Assembly (NCBI GenBank): GCA_963514005.1
Contig: OY740783.1
Coordinates: 46,376,001 to 46,440,000, forward strand
Length of the DNA stretch: 64,000 nt
Reading direction: 5' to 3'
Origin: Raja brachyura
Lineage: Eukaryota
Below the pieces are notes generated by a model. It had not been told where the DNA came from, searched no databases, and was given only the letters and a program-made list of their open reading frames with translations. Below are positions 35,690 to 47,354 of the stretch, piece after piece. How positions within the stretch are numbered: position 1 is the first letter of the stretch; the number at the start of each line of letters is the position of its first letter. Made by a program: the position numbers and the translations under genes.

Positions 35690-35818
35690 CTCATGAATGC
35701 AATGGTCCTTCTCCACAATTGACAGCGCAAAGGCTGCACACTCCAGTGTAGAGAGACAAGTATTATTTGGCTGCGTTCGAATTATGTACTGGCTTGATAA
35801 ACTGGTTTTGAGTTGAAC
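35690..35818 (-). CDS. DTWD2: DTWD2 penultimate coding exon (129 nt, phase 0-0)
   Basis: ttgtctttag|[43 protein letters not shown]|gtaagt. Contains the DTW-domain SQYxIR and CLSTLE motifs and splices in frame to 32663. Confidence 0.95.
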
Positions 35819-36309
35819 CTAAAGACAAATACAATTAAAAAGCTATTTTTTTAATTTGGAAGCTAACAGTTATCTGATAAGACCAATCCAATTAATATAT
35901 AGCCGCATTTCACATAAAACATCACAAGACCCTTAACAGTGGCATTATCAAAACAAACATTTGACAAATTTGACTTGATCCACAGAAAACAAACCAAAAT
36001 AATCGCACAGTTGAGTTAGATGCCACTGGATACCCAATCTCTGATTTCATGGCCACGGTATTTATGTGCGTACTTTAGTTAAGTTTCCGGTTACGTTTCT
36101 TCCCCAATCTCCAACCCGGATGATTATTGATAGGAATTTGATAAAATACAAATGAAAACCAGGATTTATACCTCTTCTTTGGAGATGGCGTGAAATGTTA
36201 GTCAGTGGAAAGAAACAATCCCATTGCACAAGCCTGGAACAAAATTGGTGAAGCAACAGTCGACAGACGATCATGGTAAGTAGCTGCTTTTTAGATGAAT
36301 GAGTTATAC

Positions 36310-36505
36310 TGCATGGGCTTTCCCCGGGTGGTCCGGTTTCCTCCCACACTCCAAAGACATATAAGTTTATAGTTTAATTGGCTTTGGTAAAGATTGTAAA
36401 TTGTCCCCAGTGTGTAGGATAGTGTTAGTGTATGGGGATCGCTGGTCGGCGTGGACTCGGTGGGTCTGTTTCGTCCCTATGTCTCTAAATGCCAAACTCT
36501 AAACA
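36310..36505 (+). mobile_element. SINE 3' half
   Basis: CCCCGGGTGGTCCGGTTTCCTCCCACACTCCAAAGAC core and tail. Confidence 0.75.
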
Positions 36506-37927
36506 CTTTCCCAGATCGGTCAAAGGACATTAAGTTTTAACTCTGTATAAAATGGCTGTCTGATCTGATGAGAGTTTTCAGCATTTTCTGCTTTTATTTC
36601 AGATTTCCTGTGTCTGCCATTTTTTAAAATCTGCAATTTTTCACTTTGTTGGATCGGTGCGGTACTTGAAAAAATGGCCAGAATAAGACCCCAAATGTTG
36701 TACTACAGGCAGGATGCCATATGGTTCCATGACCTTTGGTGTAACCGAAGCTCAGAGTAGTCTCCTAATGTGGTGAAACAAATGGCAGAAACCTGGCGTC
36801 TGTGATATCCAGGGCTGCAGGAGGAGGCTTGAACGAAGGACCAGGCAACATGTCTGGCTGAAGGTGGCTGCAAAAGCTTTGGCTTTATCTCTTGAACCTG
36901 TGGGTGGAGCTTCGCTATCATTTCACCTTCTAAATAAAATATCCAGTGTGAAGAGACTGAGAAGTATCGGTGATACTTTTCTTACATAAACATTTTAGAT
37001 TCAAGTTGTAATATTTTCACAACAAAATTTTAGAATCCAATCGCCAAAATGGTTAATGCATCAAATAGCCTTAGCCTTTTAGATACATGCACAACAGCAT
37101 AAAAACACCCATACAACGTCAAACATACTGTCACCAAGACATAAATAAATCATATTTTTCTTGAAAGAATGCATAAAGTGGCAGTAATTCGAAATGACAG
37201 TTTAAGAGCTGTCTGTTTGACAGTTCCTTGGGGAATTTCCAGTCATGGAACCATTGTGAATGTATGTCACAAAACACTTCCTTTCTGCCAAGTCATGCTG
37301 ATTAACTGGATCTTCTGCCTTCCTCAGTCAATATCACATTGCCCACTTTTGTTACATTGAACCCCTCTATCTCATCGGCACATGCAATTCTAAGTGATAG
37401 AAAAACCTTGGGCTTGAGTATCCACAGCAAAAGCAAATTTCATTGGAGCCACACTAAAAAGAGCAGCCATCTTGGAAACTGTTGACCATTTTATTGCTCA
37501 TTTGAAAATAGACGGATGCAAATTTTGCAAAGAATGAATACCACGGAGCAGCATTTAAAAATGTAATTCAAAAAATTAATATCAATAAAAATGATGCCTG
37601 CATTTATTTAAACAGTAATTTGCAGAAGATGGCCTATTTTAAATAAAGAGCAGTTTTATCACCGTTCTTACTCATCATCATCGAGTAACTTAATTTGAAA
37701 TACTGAATAATAGTAAGATTAAACGAGAACTTACCAGTTTGAAGTTTGATCTTTATTTTATGAGGAGTTACGATGAGGGATTACGTGAAGACCCCGCCAG
37801 CACGCATGCGCGACATTCTTCAAAGCAGTGGTGTGAAATCACAGACAGTTACCATGACTAATATAGTAAGATAAGAGAGAACTTTCATACCAGGTGATCT
37901 TTATAGTAGAGGGTTGGGAGCGGAGGG

Positions 37928-38041
37928 CACGTAATCCCTCATCGTAACTCCTCATAAAATAAAGATCAAACTTCAAACTGGTAAGTTCTCGTTTAATCTT
38001 ACTATTTTATTTCGGTAGTCACGTGAGTGACTACGTGAAGA
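37928..38041. repeat. DIRS internal complementary region (ICR)
   Basis: 37928-38006 is the reverse complement of 37709-37787. 38004-38041 is the reverse complement of 42707-42744 (1 mismatch). Confidence 0.95.
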
Positions 38042-38197
38042 TTTCAAAGCTCTGTGATTTCATGCCCTGGAAGCTCCATGCTCACACACCGCTACGCTGG
38101 GATGAGAGGATGAACGTAATTCAGACATGACACTGGCTGAAAAACAAAATAGGTATTTATTCATACCTAAACAAAATAAATATCCCATAGGGGTAAA

Positions 38198-39427
38198 TTA
38201 TTTGACAGTACTCAAAATCCTCCCTGCATAAGTGTCAGGGGTGGCCACGGGTTTGTTGTAGAAGCGGTGAAAAGTCCTTTCATTACTCCAACCCGCTGTG
38301 GCCAGGATGTGGTCCAAAGGTACTTCCATCCTCCTAGCCGCCAAAGTGGATGCCGCCCTGGTGGAGTGAGATTTGAATATATTAGTGTCCACCCCCGCCG
38401 CATCCAAAACCACCCTTAACCATCTAGAAATGGTTTGCACCGTGACTTTATGATGGGGCTTCTTGTGGCTTATAAGCAAAGCTGTCTCCATGCCCCTGAG
38501 ATTTTTGGTGACTGTGATATATTGTGAAATTAACGTGACGATACAGAGTCGGGTATCTGCTGGATATGCCAGAAATTCCAAGGTATGACCAGACGCTCCG
38601 GGTCGATCTTGTTTCAACAGTCCCTGCACATGAAAAGTGATTTTATCATTGGTGATAGTCATGGCATCCAGATTGAGTTTGTGCAGAGACTGGACCCGTT
38701 GTGGACTTCTTTACTCAGAGAGTGGTAGCGGTGTGGAATGAGCTTCCAGTGGAAGTGGTGGCGGCAGGTTCGTTGGTATCATTTAAAAATAAATTGGATA
38801 GGCATATGGATGAGAAGGGTATGGAGGGTTATGGTATGAGTGCAGGCAGGTGGGACTAAGGGAAAAAAGTTGTTTCGGCACGGACTTGAAGGGCCGAGAT
38901 GGCCTGTTTCCGTGCTGTAATTGTTATATGGTTATATGGTTATATGGTGCCGTGATAAGTGCCATAACCATTACCATTTTGTATGTGAGTTTTGCCAAAG
39001 TGAGTCCCGTGTTAGGTGTCCATCCTCGCAGCATAGTTAGGACTGTGCTGATATCCCACGTATGGTTATATCTGGGCCTAGGGGGATTGGAATTGAATAT
39101 TCCTCTCATTAGTTTGGACACTAATGGATGTGATCCAATTCCCAATTGGTCACTCCCCTGGCCCAAGTAGGATGATAGTGCACTCCTGGCACTGTTTATG
39201 GCACTGTAGCTCAGTCCCTCATCAAAGTGTAGGGTAGCCAAGAATTCCAGCACTTCTGTAATGGTAGCGGATTCATATGTAGTGTTGGTAGTAGCGCAGA
39301 ATCCTTCCCATTTCTTGATGTAGGTAAGGTACTGCTTCCTGGTGGACTCCCTGCATGCCGCCGAGATGGTGTCTATCGTTCTGCTGGTGAGTCCGAATCC
39401 GCGAAGAGGCCGTTTTAAAATCTGCAA
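38198..39427 (-). pseudogene. DIRS tyrosine recombinase ORF interrupted by a CR1 tail
   Basis: ORFs 38924-39427 and 38198-38662 rejoin in frame when 38701-38946 is removed, giving ...MALITAQRVQSL... Catalytic-type motifs R, HSTR, AGW and FHRFY are present. Confidence 0.92.
38704..38946 (+). mobile_element. CR1 3' tail inserted in the DIRS recombinase
   Basis: TTCTTTACTCAGAGAGTGGTAGCGGTGTGGAAT (FFTQRVVAVWN), 3'UTR and (GTTATATG)3 tail. GTG is duplicated at 38701-38703 and 38947-38949. Confidence 0.92.
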
Positions 39428-41427
39428 ATTAACAGGTCCGTGCGGTCATAACATGGGTGATGTTCTCCTGTGACAGGATGAACGAGCAGGCTAGGTCGTT
39501 TATTGACCCGAATGCAAGGTTCTGTGGCCATCTTCTGTACCGCTGGGAACCATGGTTGGGTAGGCCAGTCGGGCACCACCAAAATACCCGATGCGGAATC
39601 TTGTTTTATTTTCTGCAAGACCCGACTGATGAGGTAGAAAGGGGGGAATGCATAGCAGAACAAATCCCCCCAATGTAGCGTGAAGGCGTCCATCGCTACT
39701 GCCCCAGGGTCTGGTTCCCAAGCAACATATGTTGGTAGTTGGTGATTTAATCTGGACGCGAAGAGGTCGATATCTGGTGTCCCATAACGTTCTACAATAT
39801 CTGTGAACACTTTTCGATCCAACATCCATTCTATGTTGTCGTTAAATTTGCGTGACCTGGTGTCTGCCACTGTGTTTAGCTTGCCTGGGAGGTAAGTGGC
39901 TGAGATCCAAATTTCCCTTTGCAGACACCAGAGCCAGATATTGTTGGCCAATTCATCACACGATATCGACTTTATTCCGCCCATGTGGTTAATATAGGCC
40001 ACCACCGTGGTGTTGTCAATTTGTATCCTAACATGAACTTTGTGCATGTTTGTGCAGTATGCCCTGAGGCCGTGAAATGCTGCCAGCATTTCTGAATAGT
40101 TAATTCCCAAATTATTGAATGGGGTTAACTCTTGTGCACTCCATCTACCTCCACAACTAGAGGTAGTATTAGTAGCTCCCCAACCTTTGGCACTGGCATC
40201 CGTTTGTAAGGTGATCGAGGGATTGATGATAGTGATGGGTGTGGAACAATATTGGGCATTAGCCATCCACCCATTTAATTCGGCTTTTGCCTTTTCTGGT
40301 ATTTTCATAGGCCTGTCGAAATGGCCTGCATGACTTTTAAGAGCTATAATTTTGGCTCTTTGTAAGTTTTGATAATGTAAAGGCCCATATTGTGCTGCGG
40401 GAAAGGCAGCCACTATCTTCCCAATCACCCTGGCCACCTGCCGAATGGATGGGTCCTTGATGCCAATAAGGCTCCTGCAAGCCTCTATCAAGTCCTCCAC
40501 CTTACTTAGTGGCAACGTGATAGACATTTGCACTGAGTCGATATTGAACCCCAAGTATTTCATGGTAGTAGAGGGTTTTAATATTGATTTATCTGGATGT
40601 ATAATGAAACCCAGCTTCTGAAAGAGATGTTTCGTGGCTGTTACTGCCAATGTAGCCATTTCCAAACTTTCCCCAACAATGAGGATATCATCAAGATAGG
40701 CCATAACAGTATGATTCTGTTTCCTTAAGTAGGCGAAGGCTGGTTTTAATATCTTGGTAAACAATCTGGGTGCTGATGCTAACCCATTAGGCAAGGCTTT
40801 GTATTGCCATAATTGTCCCATCCAGATAAATTTTAAATATTTCCTATGATCCTTGTGTATTGGTACTGAATAGTATGCATCTTTGAGGTCAATGCATGCC
40901 ATGTAGTACCCATAATCTATTAACTGTATAGCAGTGTCAAAGGTGTCCATTTTAAAATGAACATACTGAACAGAAGTATTCAGTTCGGTCAAATCTATGA
41001 TAATGCGGCAACCACCGTCTTTTTTGTTTTTGGTGAATATATTAGACACGAACTCCTGTGGTTCTTTGGTGGCCTTTTCAATGACCCCTTTTTCAATTAA
41101 TCTGTATAGTTCAGCATGTCCTGCCACCCTCTCTTTTTGAGAGAGTATGAATTTTCGGCTAGGTGAATGCTGGACCGGAGTAGGGAGTTCGTGAATAAAT
41201 TCAATTTTGTAGCCCTGAATACTCCTGAGTATGAAAGGATCAGAGGTAAAAGTGCGCCAATTTTCATAAAACATGTGCAACCGGCCCCCTACATAAAGTG
41301 AATTTAGGCAAGATGTGTTTCTGGGGAAACCAGGCCCACCTACCTCCATGGTTATTGCCGGTGTTGCGGTTTCTGTCCCTATTTTCTTTGTTGATTCATC
41401 GTGTTGTAGGAGTGGCGCATCTTCCAA
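39415..41427 (-). CDS. DIRS pol: reverse transcriptase + RNase H + DNA adenine-methyltransferase-like domain (670 aa, open)
   Basis: VGGRL, IDLKDAY, LPNGL, YLDD, YLG (RT); TDAS, E, IDNTTVVAYINHMGG, N..AD (RNaseH); DLFASRLN and YAFPPF (DIRS MT domain). Confidence 0.95.
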   Translation of the reverse strand: MEDAPLLQHDESTKKIGTETATPAITMEVGGPGFPRNTSCLNSLYVGGRLHMFYENWRTFTSDPFILRSIQGYKIEFIHELPTPVQHSPSRKFILSQKERVAGHAELYRLIEKGVIEKATKEPQEFVSNIFTKNKKDGGCRIIIDLTELNTSVQYVHFKMDTFDTAIQLIDYGYYMACIDLKDAYYSVPIHKDHRKYLKFIWMGQLWQYKALPNGLASAPRLFTKILKPAFAYLRKQNHTVMAYLDDILIVGESLEMATLAVTATKHLFQKLGFIIHPDKSILKPSTTMKYLGFNIDSVQMSITLPLSKVEDLIEACRSLIGIKDPSIRQVARVIGKIVAAFPAAQYGPLHYQNLQRAKIIALKSHAGHFDRPMKIPEKAKAELNGWMANAQYCSTPITIINPSITLQTDASAKGWGATNTTSSCGGRWSAQELTPFNNLGINYSEMLAAFHGLRAYCTNMHKVHVRIQIDNTTVVAYINHMGGIKSISCDELANNIWLWCLQREIWISATYLPGKLNTVADTRSRKFNDNIEWMLDRKVFTDIVERYGTPDIDLFASRLNHQLPTYVAWEPDPGAVAMDAFTLHWGDLFCYAFPPFYLISRVLQKIKQDSASGILVVPDWPTQPWFPAVQKMATEPCIRVNKRPSLLVHPVTGEHHPCYDRTDLLICRF

Positions 41428-42558
41428 GAAGGCCGGGCTAGGCCATGGCCTAAAAAAGACCGCTGTGCAGGTTGGCCGTCCTTCGAGCTTTCACCACCGG
41501 CAGGTCTCTGATGGTATCTCTGTCCGGTGGGTGTGTAGGGGTGCTGTCTTTGTGGGTAATGAGGTTTGGTAGGCCCGGGAACCTTGATCAGGCCCAAGGC
41601 CTTGGCCTCCTCGTCAAGATCTTTTACTTGCTTGGGAAGGTTATCCCCGAACAGCAAGCTTGGAGGCTGAGTCTTCCCAGGCTTACACAACCCCGCAAAC
41701 TTGGGGTTAAGCGCCGGCTTTATGATGCTTTTTCTGAAATTATTTATCTCATACTGTGTATTACACAGTAGAGCCAGGGCATCTTGCAGTTCTTCCGGCA
41801 ACTCTGTCCCCACTGCAGTTCTGGCCACTGCTGTGATCCCGGCGGTTAAGAGCTTTAGGATTCTTTGAAGTTTGATTTCCTGCCCTCTACTCGAGGGGCT
41901 CATATTCCCCCAAATAGGGTTGTTCACCGCAGGGACATTAAGTGATTTGCAGTTTTCAGGAGCCATATATTTTTCAGCTGTGGAAATTATGGCCTGTTCC
42001 TGTAGCTGGTTAGTCGCCATGTAGTTAATGCTAGCTGCCAGCTTAGGGTGGATAGGTAGGCCTTTCTGTGTCGGCATAGCATGTTTATTCACCATATCCA
42101 AATATTCTTCACACACCCCTGACACAGATGGTAGTTCAGCCAGCTCCCCTTCTTCTGGGTCAGCCCAGTTCTGACCCTCAATGCTCCCCTGCGAGGAGGG
42201 TGAGACATTTGGCAGTCCTTGGTAGGAACCTGCCGTGGGCCTGCGAAGAGGCCCACTGTGACTCTGCCCCTGCATTAGCAGGTCACGTTGGAGTAATTGC
42301 TCCATCATCCGCTCCATGCGGGCTAGACGACCTCCGTCGATATCTGCGAACGGGGTGTCCTCGGGGGCCGGACCCAGCTGGGTCGCCGGCCCCGTCCGAC
42401 TTCCGGGTGGATTTGCCGCCCGACCGTGGAGTACCAACGGCCCTCATGGGCGAGAAGTCGGGAGCTGCAGGTAATACCTGTGGCTCTGGAGAGGCGGTTC
42501 GCTGGCTGCTTTCCATAGCAGCTGCTCTCGCCGCTCTCTTGGACTTCCGTGATTCCAT
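41379..42558 (-). CDS. DIRS gag-like ORF1 (probable single frameshift near the 5' end)
   Basis: A 352-aa open frame (41379-42437) lacks a proximal ATG. An ATG at 42558 opens a basic 91-aa frame offset by 1 nt. Position upstream of and overlapping pol is typical; motifs PENC.SL.VP.VN..IW and LLFGDNL. Confidence 0.8.
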
Positions 42559-42778
42559 AATGATCTTGTTTCTCGTCGACGCTCAACTCCTCCGGTGAGA
42601 CTTACCTGGCGTAAGTTATTTAAACTTACGCTGGAGGAGCCCCGCTCCTCCCGGCCGTCGCTTCCGCATGCGTACGACAATATGTCGCGCATGCGTGCTG
42701 GCGGGGTCTTCACGTAGTCACTCACGTGACCACCGAAATAAAATTACTTGTTAAGAAATCTATAGCCATGTGAATATA

Positions 42779-44136
42779 GAGTGCCCTGCATAATGTTTGG
42801 GACAAAGACCCATCATTTATTTATTTGCCCCTGTACTCTACAATTTGAGATTGGTAATAGAAAAGATCACACGTGGTTAAAGTACACATAGTCAGGTTTT
42901 AATAAAGGCCATTTTTGTACATTTTGATATTACCATGTAGAAATTACAGCAGTGTTTATACATAGTCCCCACATTTGGCCAGTCAAGAATTGACCATTTT
43001 GTAGCTTTGAAAAACAACTTTGTTGCTTTAGCAGTATGTTTGGGATCATTGTCTGGCTGTAGAATGAACCGCCGGCCAATGTTTAGAGGCATTTGTTTGA
43101 AATTGAGCAGATGGGATGTGTCTATACACTTCAGAATTCATTATGCTACTACCATCAACAGTTGTATCATCAACGTAGATAAGTAAGCCAATACCTTCAG
43201 CAGCCATACACCCCCACCACTATGTTTCACAGATGAGGTGATATGCTTTGGATCTAGGACAGTTCCTTCTCTCCTCCATACTTTGCTCTTGCCATCACTT
43301 TGATATAAGATAATCTTCATCTCATCTGTCCACAAGACCTTTGTCCAGACCTGTGGTTGCTCTTTTAAGTACTTCTTGGCAAACTGTAAACTGGCCATCC
43401 TATTTTTGCAGCTAACTAGTGGTTTTCATCTTGCAGTATAGTCTCTGTATTTCTGTTCATGAAGTCTTCTGCAGACAGAGGTCATTGACAAATCAACACC
43501 TGACTCCTGAAGAATGTTTCTGATTTGTCGTACAGGTGTTTGGGGATATTTCTTTATTATAGCGAGAATTCTTCTGTCATCAGCTGTGGAGGTCTTCCTT
43601 GGCCTGCCGGTCCCTTTACGATTAGTAAGCTCACCAATGATTTATTTCTTCTTAATGATGTTGCAACCAGTTGATTTTGATAAGCCTGGGGTTTGGCTGA
43701 TGTCTCTAACAGTTTTATTCTTGTTTCTCACTCATAATGGTTTCTTTGACTTTCATTGGCACAACTTTGGGCCTCATGTTAATAAACAGCAATAAAAGTT
43801 TCCGAAGGTGCTGGAAAAATTAGAGGAAAGACTAGGTGCTGAGAGCTCTCTTATACCTGCATTAAGGAGGCAATTAAACACACTTGAGCAATTACAAAGA
43901 CTTGTGAAGCCATGTGCCCCAAACATTATGGTGCCCTGAAATGGGGGGACTATGTATAAGCACAGCAGTAATTTCTGCATGGTGAAACCAAAATGCATAT
44001 AAATTGATTTTTATACGATCTGACAATGTGCACATTAACCACATGTGATTTTTTTCTATTAAAATCCCAAATTGTGGAGTACAGGGGCAAATATATAAAT
44101 GATGGGTCTGTGTCCCAAACATCATGGAGGGCACTG
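42779..44136 (-). mobile_element. Tc1/mariner DNA transposon (IR/DR type), degraded transposase
   Basis: TA|(C/G)AGTGCCCT.CAT.ATGTTTGGGACA termini with about 190-bp TIRs and TA TSD. Minus peptides VLWTDEMKI, VKHSGG, FILQPDNDPKHTAK, ILDWP. Confidence 0.92.
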
Positions 44137-44701
44137 TAAAAATATATATTGTTTTACAAATTGAAAAGCAATTGAAAACAAAATCTTTTGAATAATGCCC
44201 ATTCGAGGCCATGGCTCTTTCAAGCCCTGCAAACAAGCACAATTTATGGAAACTCGTACTAACTCCCACCAGATTAATGTTTTCTAAACTGGCACAAAAG
44301 GTTGCAAAAAGCCAATACGCTCTTGAAAGTAATTTGTGCTTAAAATCGAGCAGTCTTTTACACTGGGAAAACAAATTTATCAGAAAAATGCAAAGAATCT
44401 TGTTGGATGCAGGATCTGAACATTTGATCCTCCAGATACTTGTAGTAGCGGGTCAGTTTTATGAAGAATGGAATTTCTAACCCCTACTTACAGACACTAA
44501 TGATTTCAAAAAATTGTCGAGGAGGGAACCAAATACAAGGTCTCCCTTGACAGGGTTTGCCTTTTCTTTAGGTTAGGTCTGAATCAGAGTACACTGAAGG
44601 AAGGTCTAAGAAAATGAAGTGAGTTGGCCACCAGACCCGTCTTGGATTTTATTATGCATTAAAAATGGATTAGCAATGTAAAACATTATTTCATATAGTA
44701 T

Positions 44702-45528
44702 AATGCAGTATAATGTGGATAAATGTGAGGTTATCCACTTTGGTGGCAAAAATAGGAAAACCGACTACTATCTAAATGGTGGCCGATTAGGAAAAGGGGA
44801 GATGCAGCGCGACCTGGGTGTCATGGTACACCAGTCATTGAAAGTAGGCATGCAGGTACAGCAGGCAGTGAAGAAAGTCAATGGTATGTTAGCTTTCATA
44901 GCAAAAGGATTTGAGTATAGGAGCAGGGAGGTTCTACTTCAGTTGTATAGGGTCTTGATGAGGCCACACCTGGAGTATTGCGTACAGTTCTGGTCTCCAA
45001 ATCTGAGGAAGGACATTATTGCCATAGAGGGAGTGCAGCGAAGGTTCACCAGACTGATTCCTGGGATGTCAGGACTGTCTTATGAACAAAGACTGCATAG
45101 ACTCGGTTTATACTCTCTAGAATTTAGGAGATTGAGAAGGGATCTTATAGAAACTTACAAGATTCATAAGGGGTTGGACAGGCTAGATGCAGGAAGATTG
45201 TTCCCGATGTTGGGGAGGTCCAGGACAAGGGGTCACAGCTTAAGGATAAGGGGGAAATCCTTTAGGACCGAGATGAGAAGGAATTTTTTCACACAGAGAG
45301 TGGTGGGTCTCTGGAACTCTCTGCCACAGAGGGTAGTTGAGGCCAGTTCATTGGCTATATTTAAGAGGGAGTTGGATGTGGCCCTTGTGGCTAAGGGGAT
45401 CAGAGGGTATGGAGAGAAGGCAGGTACGGGATACTGAGTTGGATGATCAGCCATGATCATATTCAATGGCGGTGCAGGCTCGAAGGGCTGAATGGCCTAC
45501 TCCTGCACCTAATTTCTATGTTTCTATA
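44702..45528 (+). mobile_element. Young 5'-truncated CR1 LINE (244-aa open ORF2 C-terminus)
   Basis: Uninterrupted MQYNVDKC...RDLGV...[11 protein letters not shown]...FFTQRVVGLWNSLP to a stop at 45437, then 3'UTR and TTTCTATG tail. Confidence 0.95.
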
Positions 45529-46259
45529 TCAACCATCTTTACATTAAACAGATTTTCACTTATTTTCATAAAAGTCAACCTTTTGACAATGTTAATATCC
45601 CTGGCAGCGGATATTGAAGCATTAGGTCTTATTTCACTAACTTTTACAGAGCCTGTTTAAATATCATATTTCCTCAATTTTTGACAATGATATTGCAAAA
45701 ATATAAAGTCAGTACTGGAATGCAGCTTTACTATAACCAACAGTCATAGTCAAATTTTTCACATCAGCAATCTTCCAAATTGCCAATTTTAAAATATATT
45801 TATATTTACAGCAGCAATAAGTCACAGATATACAAGTTTGGGTTATTCCTGTAACAAATCATTAACTTATATGATTTCATTTCAGTTCAGAAGACTAAGT
45901 GAGGAAGGCAATCAGTCTCAGTTCTACACTTGAATCAATTATGTTAATCAGATATCACTGAATAACAAAAAAGTAATTAATTGTCTGAATCCCTATTGGA
46001 GAAATGCAAATCTTTACTCAAAGAATTTCAGAAATCTTTGACAGCAATTGATGCCTGGATTTGGTCGGATGCACATGAGAACAAATTCAATCTGTGAATT
46101 AAAAGGCTGTTGTTATCAGAATATATCCAAAATAGCCAAAGAACATATTTTAAAATGACCTATTTTTTCTGTTCCTTCTCCAATTAATGCAATTGTGGCA
46201 AATAAGACTCAGGAAGTGGGATCTTGGAGAAGGCTGTTGTGATGCTTTAACAATTAATT

Positions 46260-46715
46260 TACAATCAATCCATTTCCAATACAATCAAACAAAACTCAAT
46301 TACAATAAATCGAGCAAAGGGGGAGATATATAGTGTGCAATGCTAATACCCAGCATTGTAGCACACAAGTTCCAGAGGAAAAAGTCCAATTTCCACAATG
46401 GGGTCGGGATGAAACCGACAGTACCATAGCTTATCAGAAGCCTGAGAGAGGGGAAGAAGCTTACTTTGGTGGTGCATGCCCGGTTAGATCTCAACACCCG
46501 TCTTGAGATTCCTTTGGTTTATGTTTCATTCGTAAGAGTTTGGTGGTGCATGCTTTCAAGCTTCTGTATCTTCTGCCTGAGGGATGAGCGCGGTGCGACA
46601 TGTTATTGATTATGTTTGCTGCGTTTCTGAGTCGGTGTGAAGTGTAGATGGAATCAATGGTCAGGAGTCTGGATTGTGAGATGAACTGAGCTACATCCAC
46701 AACTCTCTGCCATTT
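46260..46715 (-). mobile_element. Rex1/Babar- or L2-like LINE 3' end
   Basis: Minus peptide IYTSHRLRNAANIINNMSH..PSGRRYRSLKACTTKL. Confidence 0.75.
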
Positions 46716-47277
46716 CTAGCCATTAGAGTTCACAGCATAATCCAATACATTTCTATTTTTAATGCTCCAATGATGACAAGATTGGTGACTGTATTTTTTT
46801 GGGAAGCAGTGAAATTGAAGCCTGCTTTGCCGTACAACATAATGATAGCTCATCCTTAAGCTTGGATCCTTAACTCCATTTCACCCCATATCCTTTGATG
46901 CATAAAGCCTTCTGAAATATTTTCAATTACTTGCTTTCCACAAGTTTCACCTCATTTGAGTTATATGAGCAAATGGGGCTATGCAGAAGTGGCAGACACA
47001 GGATTTGAATGTGGAACATCTGTGCAATATATGCCACACCTACTAAGATGTCCACTTCTTGGTGAATAATGCTGCCTGGAAGATCTAGCGGTGGCAAAGG
47101 AGAAGTGCAAGAGCCACTGTGCAAGAGCCTGGCCGAACATGTGAAACATAGATGATGGACACAAAAGAAGACCTCATCTGAGTCCTAAATATCTTAACCC
47201 TACCACAAAGACTCCAGGTCTTAAATCCTACAGCCAGAAGGACCCTCCTCCTTGTATCAGCATGTTGAGCCCTACCA

Positions 47278-47354
47278 GAATATTGAAGAATGACAGCAGA
47301 TCTTATTGAAAAGTACAACTTTTCAATAAGATCTGCTGTCATTCTTCAATATTC
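47278..47354. repeat. Perfect 37-bp inverted repeat with a 3-nt loop
   Basis: GAATATTGAAGAATGACAGCAGATCTTATTGAAAAGT-ACA-ACTTTTCAATAAGATCTGCTGTCATTCTTCAATATTC. Confidence 0.95.

Larger units (their letters stand above)
37709..42744 (-). mobile_element. Full-length DIRS1-type tyrosine-recombinase retrotransposon
   Basis: Perfect 35-bp ITR (37782-37816 vs 42682-42716). ICR 37928-38041 is complementary to both termini. ORFs are in gag, RT/RH/MT, YR order. No TSD beyond a shared AAT trinucleotide. Confidence 0.97.

Noticed and set aside
39415-39860. Bacterial contamination or horizontally acquired Dam methylase
   Set aside because: The MT-like domain is a normal in-frame part of DIRS1 pol, and the flanks are vertebrate intron.
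41315-42598. Plus-strand ORFs antisense to DIRS gag
   Set aside because: Short shadow frames of a GC-rich coding region.
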